From Alistipes onderdonkii (GTDB taxonomy: Bacteria > Bacillota_I > Bacilli_A > RFN20 > CAG-288): a stretch of DNA of 64,000 nt. The position numbers were made by a program, and so were the translations under genes. Positions 38,021-47,934 of this stretch are shown one piece after another; positions within the stretch are counted from its first letter, which is position 1, and the number at the start of each line of letters is the position of its first letter. The DNA is taken from assembly GCA_963589675.1 (NCBI GenBank), contig CAVALL010000002.1:2067-66066 (forward strand), read 5' to 3'. The notes beneath the pieces were generated by a model, which was not told the DNA's origin, did no database searches, and saw nothing but the letters and a program-made list of their open reading frames with translations.

Positions 38021-40261
38021 ATGTCAAAAGAAGTGTTCACTCTTGATTTCTACGGCAAGACACTCACTGTAGAAACCGGGGAAATCGCAAAACAGGCCGA
38101 TGGCTCCGTCTTTGTCCGTTTCAATGATTCCGCCGTCTTATGTGCTGCTTGCGGTGCCCATCAGGCAAAACTTGGTCAGGATTTCTTCCCGTTGACCATC
38201 AACTATTTCGAACGTCAGTATGCTGCTGGTAAGATTCCGGGTTCTTTCTTAAGAAGAGAAGGAAGACAGTCTACCCGTGAAACTTTGATTTCCAGACTTA
38301 TCGATAGACCGATTCGTCCGATGTTCCCTGAAGGATATGTCAATGAGACTCAGGTCACTTGTACAGTCATGTCCGCTGATCCGGATGCCTGCACAGATAT
38401 GTCTGCTATGTTCGGTGCTTCCTTAGCACTTTGCATCTCCGATATTCCTTTCGAAGGACCTATCGCTGGTGTTCATGTTGGAAGAGTCAATGGCGAATTG
38501 ATCATCGATCCTACTGTTGAACAGATGGCTCAGTCTGATATTGATCTTTCTGTTGCTGGTACCGAAACTGCTATCAACATGGTTGAAGCTGGTGCTAATG
38601 AAGTTAGTGAAGATGACATGCTTGAAGCTTTGATGTTCGGACATGAAGCTATCAAGAAGCTTTGCGCATTCGAAAAAGAAATTGTCAGCAAGGTCGGCAA
38701 GACAAAGAGACCGCTCAACATCTATCACATCGATGACGCGTTTGCTAATAAGTGCCGTAATTATGTTGCTCCTGGACAAAATGAGACAACTGAGAACAGA
38801 ATCATCAAGGCTGTTTCCATCTTTGACAAATTAGAAAGACAGAATACAATCGATGCCTTAGAGAAAGAGGTTATCGATCTTGTTGATAAAGCTGATTTCC
38901 TCACTGGAGAGAAATATGAGACAATGCAGGCTCATGATCTTGCCGTCAATGAAGCAAAGGAAGTCCTTGAAGTTGTTGTCCGCAACGAAGTCAGACGCCT
39001 TATCACTGTTGATAAGGTTAGACCGGATGGAAGAAAGGTTGATGAAATCAGACCTTTGGACGCTCAGGTCCATCTTCTTCCTAGAGCACATGGCTCTGCT
39101 ATGTTCACTCGTGGACAGACTCAGGTCATTTCTTCTTGTACATTAGGTTCCTTAGATGATGCTCAGATTCTTGACAACATCACTGGTGATACTACAAAGA
39201 GATGGATGCATCACTATAACTTCCCGCCTTTCTCTGTTGGCGAGTTAGGAAGAATGGGAACTCCAGGACGTCGTGAAATCGGTCATGGAAATTTAGGTGA
39301 AAGAGCTCTTAGCTATGTCATTCCTTCCGAAGAGGAATTCCCTTATACAATTCGTTGCGTCGCTGATGTCTGCGAATCCAATGGTTCCTCCTCTCAGGCT
39401 TCTATCTGTGCTTCTTGCATGGCTTTGATGGATGCAGGTGTTCCGCTTAAGGCTCCTGTCTCCGGTATTGCCATGGGTCTTATCACCTCTGGACCTTTGG
39501 ATGGAAATCATCCTTATACAATCCTTACCGATATTCAGGGTATGGAAGATCACCTCGGTGATATGGACTTCAAAGTCGCCGGAACTCCGAATGGTATCAC
39601 TGCTCTCCAGATGGATATCAAGATCCGTGGTATCACCAAAGATATCCTCAGAGAAGCTTTATATCAGGCCAAGCCTGCTAGAAAGCAGATCCTTGATGTC
39701 ATGCTCGCCGCAATTCCTGAACCGAGAGAAGAACTTTCTGAGTTTGCTTTGAAGATGAAGCGTTTCAACATCGCGACTGATAAGATCAGAGAAGTCATCG
39801 GAAGCCAGGGCAAAGTCATCAATTCCATCATTGATGAATGCAATAAAGATGTCAAGATCGACATCAACGATGACGGCCGCGTCATTCTCTATTCTGTCCA
39901 TAATGATATGATTGAGAAGGCCTATGGAATGATCATGTCCATCGCCAAGGTTCCCGAAGTCGGTGAAATCTATGATGGAAAAGTTGTCCGTATTGAATCC
40001 TATGGCGCCTTTGTCAATCTCTATGGCAATACCGATGCCTTATGCCACATCTCTAAACTTGGCTGGAACCGTGTTGAAAAAGTTGAAGATGTCTGCAAAT
40101 TAGGAGACACTTTAAAGGTTATCATCACAGGAATCGATGCTCAGGGCAGAATCGATATCTCCCATCGCGAATTCCTTCCTAAACCCGAAGGCTATGTCGA
40201 AAGGCCGGAACGTCCTCGTGACAACAAGGATAGAAAGTCTTTCCACCACGATCATAGATAA
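38021..40261 (+). CDS. pnp: polyribonucleotide nucleotidyltransferase (PNPase)
   Basis: Start MSKEVFTLDFYGKTL after RBS AAAGAGG. Two RNase PH domains, KH and S1 domains. Confidence 0.9.
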   Translation: MSKEVFTLDFYGKTLTVETGEIAKQADGSVFVRFNDSAVLCAACGAHQAKLGQDFFPLTINYFERQYAAGKIPGSFLRREGRQSTRETLISRLIDRPIRPMFPEGYVNETQVTCTVMSADPDACTDMSAMFGASLALCISDIPFEGPIAGVHVGRVNGELIIDPTVEQMAQSDIDLSVAGTETAINMVEAGANEVSEDDMLEALMFGHEAIKKLCAFEKEIVSKVGKTKRPLNIYHIDDAFANKCRNYVAPGQNETTENRIIKAVSIFDKLERQNTIDALEKEVIDLVDKADFLTGEKYETMQAHDLAVNEAKEVLEVVVRNEVRRLITVDKVRPDGRKVDEIRPLDAQVHLLPRAHGSAMFTRGQTQVISSCTLGSLDDAQILDNITGDTTKRWMHHYNFPPFSVGELGRMGTPGRREIGHGNLGERALSYVIPSEEEFPYTIRCVADVCESNGSSSQASICASCMALMDAGVPLKAPVSGIAMGLITSGPLDGNHPYTILTDIQGMEDHLGDMDFKVAGTPNGITALQMDIKIRGITKDILREALYQAKPARKQILDVMLAAIPEPREELSEFALKMKRFNIATDKIREVIGSQGKVINSIIDECNKDVKIDINDDGRVILYSVHNDMIEKAYGMIMSIAKVPEVGEIYDGKVVRIESYGAFVNLYGNTDALCHISKLGWNRVEKVEDVCKLGDTLKVIITGIDAQGRIDISHREFLPKPEGYVERPERPRDNKDRKSFHHDHR

Positions 40262-40273
40262 ATGATTATTGAC

Positions 40274-40312
40274 TACAGCGGAAATTCCGCTGTAGTCTTT
40301 TTTCTCTTTTCG
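40274..40312 (+). terminator. rho-independent terminator after pnp
   Basis: ctacagcggaaattccgctgtag plus tcttttttctctttt. It lies inside the ORF-track N-terminus of the next ORF, which argues for a later start of that gene. Confidence 0.75.
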
Positions 40313-40336
40313 TTTTTTTATATAATAGTTAATAGT

Positions 40337-42256
40337 ATGAGGGACAAAATTATCATTAGCAGTTTATCTCTTCTTTTTCTCTCTTCTATCGTTTCCTGTG
40401 GAAAGAAAATGACAGGACGAATCACATTCGAACTTAATGGGGGATCCTTCCCGGATTCGTTTGGTACGACTTACATTGAAGGTGAGAGCGGAACAGCAAT
40501 CCTTACTGAAATTCCTGATCCTTCCAAATCAGGATATTATTTCGTAGGATGGAGAGAGAAGGCAAAGAATGGTTCCTATCGTGTCATCAATAAGAGAACG
40601 GATAAGGATGGAAAGTCCTATTATTTTTATCCGTATGTGAACGACACCTTCTATGCTTATTTTGAACCATTATCAACAATTACATTTGATTTGACAGAGG
40701 GCAAAGACGTTGCTAGTTTAGTTGCTCCGAAGGTTGATTCATCCTCATTCCAGGATGGAAAACTGAATGGATATGCATCTAAGAGATTGCTCTCCATTGA
40801 TTATCTTCCTACCGTTTCTGTTGTGGATGATGGCCATCTGACCTTTGATTATTGGTATACGAAATATCCTTTAAAAGGCGTTACGGATGAAAACGGACAA
40901 AAACATTATTCATTGGATATCGATGGTGGAATCGGTGAATATGAATTTGACCGTTCGTTTGGAACAGACAATATGTCGTTCCCTATTTCAGATGACAATA
41001 ATTTTGTCTTATATGCAAAGTGGACTGCTGATCCTACAATCACAGTGCATTACAATCTAGATGGAGTAGAGAATTCCGTTTTCCAAGGAAAGAATAATAT
41101 CTCTTCTATTCTCATTTCTGAAATGATAGAAAAGACTGGAATTGATCTTAATGCTGAAAACCAGGATTACTTCTATACTTCTGATAAAAAGAAAAGATTC
41201 CGCGGATTCTATCTAGACTCCGAATTGAAATCTAGATTTAGTTTGTCGTCCACTATTGCTGATAGCAATGTTGACCTGTATTTAGGGTGGGACAATCAGA
41301 TTTCAGTCACATTGGATTATCAAGATGGCGAATGCAATGGTACAAATAAGGAAGTCTTTTCCATAGAGTATTATTCAAGTGATGTTTTAGGAGATGATTT
41401 CTATAACACTCATATTCCAACAGCCTATCAGAAAGATTTTGTCGGCTATCAGCTGGATGGTGTATCCTTTGATATCAGAAAAGATTCTTTGCCGGATCAT
41501 GATGTTACTCTTGTTGCAGTGTATGATGACTATCCGACACTGAAACTTCATTATGATTATCCGGATGGGTACACTGGTACGACGCTTAGCGATTTTGAAT
41601 CGAAAGTAAAGAGTGGAAATGATATCTCTGCCTTATACAAAAATTTCAAAGATGCTTTGAATGATGAGACTCTCATTTCTGTTGGATACTATAAACTTGA
41701 TGGAGACAGCAAATCTGATCTCGATTCGAATTACATGCCAAATGGAGATTTTGATGTCTATCTCAAACTGAATTATCGCCCATACATTGATATTGAAGTC
41801 TTTATGAATGTGTCGGATGATTATTCAAAACAGGATGAGTTAACTGAAAAACAATATCTGAATGATGATGATGTCATCGATATGACGTATTTGAAAGATA
41901 GAATGGCTTCCATTGACAAAGGCGGAGAGACCTATCTCTTTGATGGCTTCTATTCTGATAGTGATTTTACTTCCCAGGTGTTTTTCCCTATCAGTCTTTC
42001 CTCCTCTCATGAAGAAGTCAATTCAAGAACGCTCTATCAGAAAATGACAAAAGCAATCAATGTCACATTCGTCGAGAAGTCATCCGGTCAGACAATCGGG
42101 GATGTGAAAGTCATTCCTGGCTCTAAGATTTCAGAGTCTTTGGATGTTGCTTCTTTGTTAGGAGAATACACAAAACTTACTCTCCTTGTTGACGGAAGTG
42201 AAAAGGAAACACAGTATTTCCCTTCCACTAGTTCAACTATCTACGTCTATCGATAG
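40337..42256 (+). CDS. surface lipoprotein with multiple Listeria-Bacteroides (Flg_new-type) repeat domains
   Basis: Lipobox LSSIVSCGKK. Repeats of the pattern ITFELNGGSFPDS...SGYYFVGWREK...LYAKWT, three or more times. Confidence 0.6.
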   Translation: MRDKIIISSLSLLFLSSIVSCGKKMTGRITFELNGGSFPDSFGTTYIEGESGTAILTEIPDPSKSGYYFVGWREKAKNGSYRVINKRTDKDGKSYYFYPYVNDTFYAYFEPLSTITFDLTEGKDVASLVAPKVDSSSFQDGKLNGYASKRLLSIDYLPTVSVVDDGHLTFDYWYTKYPLKGVTDENGQKHYSLDIDGGIGEYEFDRSFGTDNMSFPISDDNNFVLYAKWTADPTITVHYNLDGVENSVFQGKNNISSILISEMIEKTGIDLNAENQDYFYTSDKKKRFRGFYLDSELKSRFSLSSTIADSNVDLYLGWDNQISVTLDYQDGECNGTNKEVFSIEYYSSDVLGDDFYNTHIPTAYQKDFVGYQLDGVSFDIRKDSLPDHDVTLVAVYDDYPTLKLHYDYPDGYTGTTLSDFESKVKSGNDISALYKNFKDALNDETLISVGYYKLDGDSKSDLDSNYMPNGDFDVYLKLNYRPYIDIEVFMNVSDDYSKQDELTEKQYLNDDDVIDMTYLKDRMASIDKGGETYLFDGFYSDSDFTSQVFFPISLSSSHEEVNSRTLYQKMTKAINVTFVEKSSGQTIGDVKVIPGSKISESLDVASLLGEYTKLTLLVDGSEKETQYFPSTSSTIYVYR

Positions 42257-42331
42257 TTTTATTTGATAATATAAATTTATTTATTATAATAAAAAGGTTT
42301 GACTAAATCGTTTTAGAGAAAGTGTGATAAC

Positions 42332-43447
42332 ATGAGTTTAACAGCTGGTATTGTCGGTTTGCCGAATGTTGGAAAATCCACCCTATTCAACGCTATTACC
42401 AATAGCAATATTTTGGCAGAGAATTATCCTTTTGCAACAATTGATCCCAATACAGGAGTCGTTGAAGTCAATGATTCCAGAGTGGATGCTTTAGTTGAGA
42501 TTTTCCATCCGAAGAAGACGGTCAGAGCAACATTTGAGTTCACTGACATTGCAGGTCTTATCAAAGGCGCAAGCAAAGGTGAAGGCTTAGGAAATCAATT
42601 CTTAGGAAACATTCGCAATACGGATGCCATCATTCATGTTGTCCGTTGCTTTGATTCCAGTGATATTCTCACTTATAACGGAAGACCGGTTGATCCAGTT
42701 GCCGATGCAATGGAAGTCAATCTTGAATTGATGCTTTCTGACATCGATGTTATGACTAAGAGATTAGAGAAAGTCGAAAGAAAGGCTCTTACTACCAAGG
42801 ATAAGTTAGCCTTAGTTGAAGTCTCTGCTCTTCATAAGTTGATCGATGGATTACAGAGTGAGAAGATGGCAAGAGATGTTGTCTTATCCTCTGCGGAAGA
42901 GGAAGTTGCAAAGACTTTTAATCTTATCACGATGAAGCCGGTCATTTATGTCGGCAATGTGGATGAGGAAAGTTATGCAAATCCGGATGGCAATCCCTAT
43001 TTTGCCAAGTTGAAAGAATTTGCTGCACAGAATCATGCTGAATGCATCCCTGTATCCGCCAAGATCGAAGAGGAACTCTCTCGTGTCTCACCGGAAGACA
43101 GACAGGAATACTTAGAAAGCTTGGGTACGACTCAGACAGGTTTGGATAAAGTCACATTTGCTGCCTACCATATCCTTGGACTTAGAACCTTCTTCACAGG
43201 TGGAGAAGATGAGGTTAGAGCCTGGACATTCCATGAAGGATATACTGCTCCGGAATGCGCAGGTGTCATTCATACCGATTTCCAGAAGTTCTTCCTCAAG
43301 GCTGAAGTTTATTCCTATGATGATTTGATTTCCTTAGGAACAGAACTTGCTGTCAAGGAAGCTGGAAAGATGATGACAGTCGGCAAAGATTATATTGTCA
43401 AAGACGGAGATATCCTTTATATCCGCTCTGCCGCTAAAAAGAAGTAA
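42332..43447 (+). CDS. ychF: ribosome-binding ATPase YchF
   Basis: GLPNVGKSTLFNA P-loop. TGS domain at the C-terminus. Confidence 0.9.
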   Translation: MSLTAGIVGLPNVGKSTLFNAITNSNILAENYPFATIDPNTGVVEVNDSRVDALVEIFHPKKTVRATFEFTDIAGLIKGASKGEGLGNQFLGNIRNTDAIIHVVRCFDSSDILTYNGRPVDPVADAMEVNLELMLSDIDVMTKRLEKVERKALTTKDKLALVEVSALHKLIDGLQSEKMARDVVLSSAEEEVAKTFNLITMKPVIYVGNVDEESYANPDGNPYFAKLKEFAAQNHAECIPVSAKIEEELSRVSPEDRQEYLESLGTTQTGLDKVTFAAYHILGLRTFFTGGEDEVRAWTFHEGYTAPECAGVIHTDFQKFFLKAEVYSYDDLISLGTELAVKEAGKMMTVGKDYIVKDGDILYIRSAAKKK

Positions 43448-43449
43448 GC

Positions 43450-43929
43450 ATGGACGTTAGAACAGGATTTGGTTACGATATCCATCGCTTTGATGAGAAT
43501 GGGAAAAGGTTTGTCTTGGCCGGAATAGAAATCCCAGGAAGAAAGATCAAAGCTCATTCGGATGGAGACTGTCTCTATCATTCGCTTAGCAACGCGATAC
43601 TTTCTGCTCTTGGACTAGAAGACATCGGGACGTATTTCCCTGATAATCAAAAAGATACGGAAGACGTAAACAGTCAAGATATTCTCTCTTTCTCATTGGC
43701 ACAGATGGTCCAGAAAGGGTATGAAATATCGAACATTGTCATTGATGTTCAACTACAAAGCATCAAATTGAAAGATTATAAGGAAGAGATGAAAAAGCAT
43801 CTCTCTGAAGTTATCGGTATCGATTCTACTAGAATTGCAATTCATGCCAACACCAAGGAAAACTTGGACGCCGTTGGAGAAGATAAAGCTGTGGTCGTTT
43901 ATTCAAATGTTTGTCTGATAAAAATGTGA
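43450..43929 (+). CDS. ispF: 2-C-methyl-D-erythritol 2,4-cyclodiphosphate synthase
   Basis: GYDIHRF and HSDGDCLYHSL motifs. 159 aa. Confidence 0.85.
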   Translation: MDVRTGFGYDIHRFDENGKRFVLAGIEIPGRKIKAHSDGDCLYHSLSNAILSALGLEDIGTYFPDNQKDTEDVNSQDILSFSLAQMVQKGYEISNIVIDVQLQSIKLKDYKEEMKKHLSEVIGIDSTRIAIHANTKENLDAVGEDKAVVVYSNVCLIKM

Positions 43930-43939
43930 GGTGTCATTT

Positions 43940-45589
43940 ATGGATATTCAACAGAAAATAAAAGAAGAACTCAAGAGAGTCATTGTGAAACTCGGTGGGG
44001 AAGTTGTGGACAAAGAGATTGTCCTTTCTCCTTCTGATACAAGAGAGCATGGAGATTATGCCTCCAATCTGGCAATGAGAAAGGCGAAGACTTTCCATAA
44101 GAATCCGATGGATTTGGCTAATGATATCATCGCTGAATTCTCTTTGGATGGCGTTGATCATATCGAAGCCTGCAAGCCTGGTTTTTTGAACTTCTTCTTA
44201 AAGCAGGATGAATTGGGTTCTATCATCAAGACTATTGTCAAAGATCCGGAACATTATGGAGATCTCGACATTGGAAATGGAATCAAGGTCGATATCGAAT
44301 ATGTTTCCGCTAACCCTACTGGAACACTTCATCTAGGCCATGCAAGAGGCGCTGCATTAGGTGACTGTCTTGCTAGACTCTACAAAAAGTCCGGATATGA
44401 TGTTACCCGTGAATACTATGTCAATGATGCTGGTGTACAGATGGACCATCTTGCTGAATCCTTGATGGTTCGTTATCTTCAGGAATTTGGAAGAGATGTT
44501 CGACTTCCTGAAGATGGATACCATGGCCCTGAAATCATTAACTTGGCTAAGGAACTCAAAGAGAAAGTTGGAGACAGCTATCTTTCTGATCCAGAAAGCC
44601 ATTTGAATGACTTCAAACAGTTCGGTGGAATGAAGCTTCTTGATGCCATCAAGAAAGACCTTCACGATTTCCGTGTCGACCAGGATGTCTATACTTCAGA
44701 AAAAGCCATCCGTGAAAGAGGAGATGTTGAGAAAGTCTTAGAGACATTAAGACCTTATTGCTATGAACAGGATGGTGCTATTTGGCTCAATACCACGAAA
44801 GATGGAGATGACAAGGATCGAGTCTTAGTCAAGTCTGACGGAAACTATACCTATCTCCTTCCTGACATCGCTTATCATAATGACAAGTTCAACCGTGGCT
44901 TTGATCTACTTATCGATTTATTCGGCGCTGATCACCATGGATATATTATGCGTCTGAAATCTTCTCAGAAAGACTTAGGACATAATCCGGATGCACTTCA
45001 GGTGTCACTTGTTCAGATGGTTCGTCTATTCAAGAACGGCGAAGAGTTCAAGATGAGCAAACGTACTGGAAACGCAATTTCCATGAAGGAACTTGTTGAA
45101 GAGGTTGGAGTCGATGCAGTCCGTTACTTCTTTGTTTCTAGAAGCGGAACCTCTCATCTCGATTTCGATATTGATCTTGCCAAGACTCTTGGAAGTGAGA
45201 ACCCGGTCTATTATGCTCAGTACACTCACGCAAGACTCTGCGGAATTATGAATAACGCTAAGGATTTCTATCCTATTGATTATTCCTCTACCCTCTTAGT
45301 CAGCGAGTCTGAGAAGAATCTTCTCATTCTCTTGAAAGGTTATTCGGATGCCATCAAATCCGCTACACTCGAAAACGAACCCTATAAAATCACCAACTAC
45401 ATTCACACATTAGCTCAGAGCATCAACGAATTCTATACAAAATGCCGCGTCATTGATAGTCAGAATCCTGAACTTACAAAAGAGAGACTTGGTCTTGTCG
45501 AAGCCTGCAAAGATGTCCTTGCTTCCGCTTTGAATCTTATCGCAGTCGATGTACCGGTCAGGATGGTATCTACTGAAAAAGCAGAATAG
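43940..45589 (+). CDS. argS: arginine--tRNA ligase
   Basis: HLGHARGAALGD (HIGH) and KMSKRTGN (KMSKS) motifs. ATG start at 43940 preceded by GTGAGGTG (the ORF track begins at an in-frame GTG). Confidence 0.9.
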   Translation: MDIQQKIKEELKRVIVKLGGEVVDKEIVLSPSDTREHGDYASNLAMRKAKTFHKNPMDLANDIIAEFSLDGVDHIEACKPGFLNFFLKQDELGSIIKTIVKDPEHYGDLDIGNGIKVDIEYVSANPTGTLHLGHARGAALGDCLARLYKKSGYDVTREYYVNDAGVQMDHLAESLMVRYLQEFGRDVRLPEDGYHGPEIINLAKELKEKVGDSYLSDPESHLNDFKQFGGMKLLDAIKKDLHDFRVDQDVYTSEKAIRERGDVEKVLETLRPYCYEQDGAIWLNTTKDGDDKDRVLVKSDGNYTYLLPDIAYHNDKFNRGFDLLIDLFGADHHGYIMRLKSSQKDLGHNPDALQVSLVQMVRLFKNGEEFKMSKRTGNAISMKELVEEVGVDAVRYFFVSRSGTSHLDFDIDLAKTLGSENPVYYAQYTHARLCGIMNNAKDFYPIDYSSTLLVSESEKNLLILLKGYSDAIKSATLENEPYKITNYIHTLAQSINEFYTKCRVIDSQNPELTKERLGLVEACKDVLASALNLIAVDVPVRMVSTEKAE

Positions 45590-45688
45590 CATCGATTTTT
45601 GCATAAATTGTTTTATTTCGGCTTGTTTTAATAGTATACTTGTAAAGCCTAGATTGAATTATATTGTTTTGATAAAGGAGAATATACC

Positions 45689-46138
45689 ATGGTAGAAAAA
45701 TCATTAGTCAGCGTCGCTTATGAGATTCTTAGCGAAGACTATAACAACGGAAAGACAGATCCGAAACCCTTCCTTGAACTTTGCTCTGAAATCTGCAGCA
45801 GAGTCAATTTGACTGAAGAGGAATTCATGAAGTTGGTTTCCCGCTTCTATACGGACTTGACATTGGATGGCCGCTTCGTCATCAAAGAGAACAACACATG
45901 GGTCTTAAGAGAACATGTAAAGTATAAAGAGCTTCACACCGACATGAACAAAGCCTATTCTGATTTGGTTGATGAAGATGAACTCGATGAGAATGATAGA
46001 AAGAGAACAGATGAAAACGGCGAGGATATCGAGGATTCTGATCTCAGTGATGACTCTGATGAGAATGATGAAGATAACTACGGAAGCGATGATAAAGTCG
46101 AGAGCGGCAGTGATGACGACAACGACGAAAACGACTGA
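45689..46138 (+). CDS. rpoE: DNA-directed RNA polymerase delta subunit
   Basis: N-terminal HARE-HTH-like domain plus long D/E-rich C-terminal tail. Followed by a terminator. Confidence 0.8.
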   Translation: MVEKSLVSVAYEILSEDYNNGKTDPKPFLELCSEICSRVNLTEEEFMKLVSRFYTDLTLDGRFVIKENNTWVLREHVKYKELHTDMNKAYSDLVDEDELDENDRKRTDENGEDIEDSDLSDDSDENDEDNYGSDDKVESGSDDDNDEND

Positions 46139-46154
46139 TTTTATTTGTTTGAGT

Positions 46155-46190
46155 AAAGCCCTCTGAAAATCAAAGGGCTTTTTGTTTATT
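46155..46190 (+). terminator. rho-independent terminator after rpoE
   Basis: aaagccctctgaaaatcaaagggcttttt. Confidence 0.7.
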
Positions 46191-46207
46191 GAAAGGGTAA
46201 TTTAAAA

Positions 46208-47155
46208 ATGAGTTATTTTGATGAAGATAGAGAAAAGGTATTCTCTGAACTGGAAAAGGCAGACAGCATCGTCATATTCGGACATAAGAATCCGGATGGT
46301 GACTGTGTTGGCTCTGTATTAGGCATGAAGCATGCATTAAAAGCACTTTTCCCAAACAAGCATGTTTATGCATTAGGCACACATCCTAGTTATCTTCCTG
46401 TCACGGAGGAAAGCGATGTTGTCACAGATGAAACCATCGAAAATTCCTTGGCTTTGATGGTGGACTTATCCGATCTTGATCGCGTCGAAGACCAGAGAAT
46501 ATTAAAGGCTCCCTCCATTGTCTGCATCGATCATCATATGAAACAGTATGATGTTCCATTTGCTATTGTCCGTGATGAAAAGGCTCCTTCTGCAACTTTC
46601 ATCATCGCTAAATGCCTTATGCTTCGCTATGGAAAGATTCCGACACCAGAGTGTGCCTATTATCTATATATGGGACTTGTCACAGACAGTGGAAGATTCC
46701 AGTATGATGCCGAACCTGAGACACTCGAAGTCGCTGGAAAACTTGTCAGCTATGGTGTTGACTATAAGTCTATGTACAATGAACTCTATCGTCAGTCATC
46801 CATCGACTTAAAGTATCGTTCCGTCATCTATCAGAATTTCAGATTTAATGGACTTGTCACCTATTGCTTGATGCCGAAACAGACATATCTGGAACTTGGC
46901 CTTTCCCAGAATGAAGCAAGCGGAAAAGTGAATCTTCTTTCCATGTTGGATGGTCATCCGATATGGGCATTCTTTACTGAACAGGATGATGGAACAATCC
47001 GTGTTGAACTCCGTTCCAATGGAAAATACAATGTACAGAAAGTCGCCACCCAATTCAATGGTGGCGGACATCTTGCCGCATCTGGCTGCCGCTTAGAGAA
47101 CTTTGATAGAGTTCAGGAAGTTCTGGATGCATTGAATAAGGCTGAACAAATCTGA
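46208..47155 (+). CDS. nrnA: DHH/DHHA1 phosphoesterase, NrnA-type (nanoRNase / pAp phosphatase)
   Basis: DHH motif (VCIDHH), GGGH DHHA1 motif. ~315 aa. Confidence 0.75.
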   Translation: MSYFDEDREKVFSELEKADSIVIFGHKNPDGDCVGSVLGMKHALKALFPNKHVYALGTHPSYLPVTEESDVVTDETIENSLALMVDLSDLDRVEDQRILKAPSIVCIDHHMKQYDVPFAIVRDEKAPSATFIIAKCLMLRYGKIPTPECAYYLYMGLVTDSGRFQYDAEPETLEVAGKLVSYGVDYKSMYNELYRQSSIDLKYRSVIYQNFRFNGLVTYCLMPKQTYLELGLSQNEASGKVNLLSMLDGHPIWAFFTEQDDGTIRVELRSNGKYNVQKVATQFNGGGHLAASGCRLENFDRVQEVLDALNKAEQI

Positions 47156-47934
47156 TGTTTGAGAAGGAATTGAATGCCATGATCCTTGCTGCACAGAAAG
47201 CAAGCAAGGAGATCATGAATATCTATCGTAAAGGTTTCACTGTCACTGAGAAAGACGACCTTTCTCCAGTGACTGATGCTGACATCGCCTCGAATCGTAT
47301 CATTCGTCAAACACTTTCTCCGTTTTCTGATATCGGATGGCTGAGTGAAGAAGATGCCGATGACTTAACAAGGCTAGAGAAGAGAAAACTGTTTGTGATT
47401 GATCCTTTAGACGGAACCTCTGATTTCGTTCAAAAGGATGATTCGTTTGGTGTCAATATTGCTCTAGTTGTTGATAAAAGACCGGTATGCTCTGTAATTG
47501 CAATTCCAGCTCAGGACAAAATTTATTATGCAATGAAGGACAAAGGTGCCTACTATCTTAATGGAGATAAGAGTATTCCTCTTCACACATCGGATAGAAC
47601 GAATGATTTAATCTTCCTTGTCTCGAAAACACATGTGTCAATGAAAGATGAGGAACTCATTGCTAAAAATCGCAATATCATCAAGGAAGTTGTACCTCTT
47701 GGCGCTTCAACAAAAGCAGTCGCTATTGCATCAGGCATAGCGGATTGCTGTGTCAGATACACCAATATGACTAAGGAGTGGGACATCTGTGCTCCGGATC
47801 TACTTGTTCAGGAAGCAGGGGGCATATTCGTTGATACCTTCAAACGCCCCTTTGTCTATAACAGAGAAAATGTCTATAATTCAGATGGCTATTGTATGTT
47901 TAACAAGAACGAGAATATGGAGAAACTGATATGA
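47155..47934 (+). CDS. inositol-monophosphatase-family 3'(2'),5'-bisphosphate nucleotidase (CysQ-like)
   Basis: DPLDGT and WDICA motifs. Overlapping start/stop with nrnA and with the next gene. Confidence 0.7.
   Translation: MFEKELNAMILAAQKASKEIMNIYRKGFTVTEKDDLSPVTDADIASNRIIRQTLSPFSDIGWLSEEDADDLTRLEKRKLFVIDPLDGTSDFVQKDDSFGVNIALVVDKRPVCSVIAIPAQDKIYYAMKDKGAYYLNGDKSIPLHTSDRTNDLIFLVSKTHVSMKDEELIAKNRNIIKEVVPLGASTKAVAIASGIADCCVRYTNMTKEWDICAPDLLVQEAGGIFVDTFKRPFVYNRENVYNSDGYCMFNKNENMEKLI

Noticed and set aside
40262-40336. Upstream extension of the Flg_new lipoprotein ORF
   Set aside because: The pnp terminator hairpin and T-run lie inside this extension. The later start gives a proper signal peptide and lipobox.
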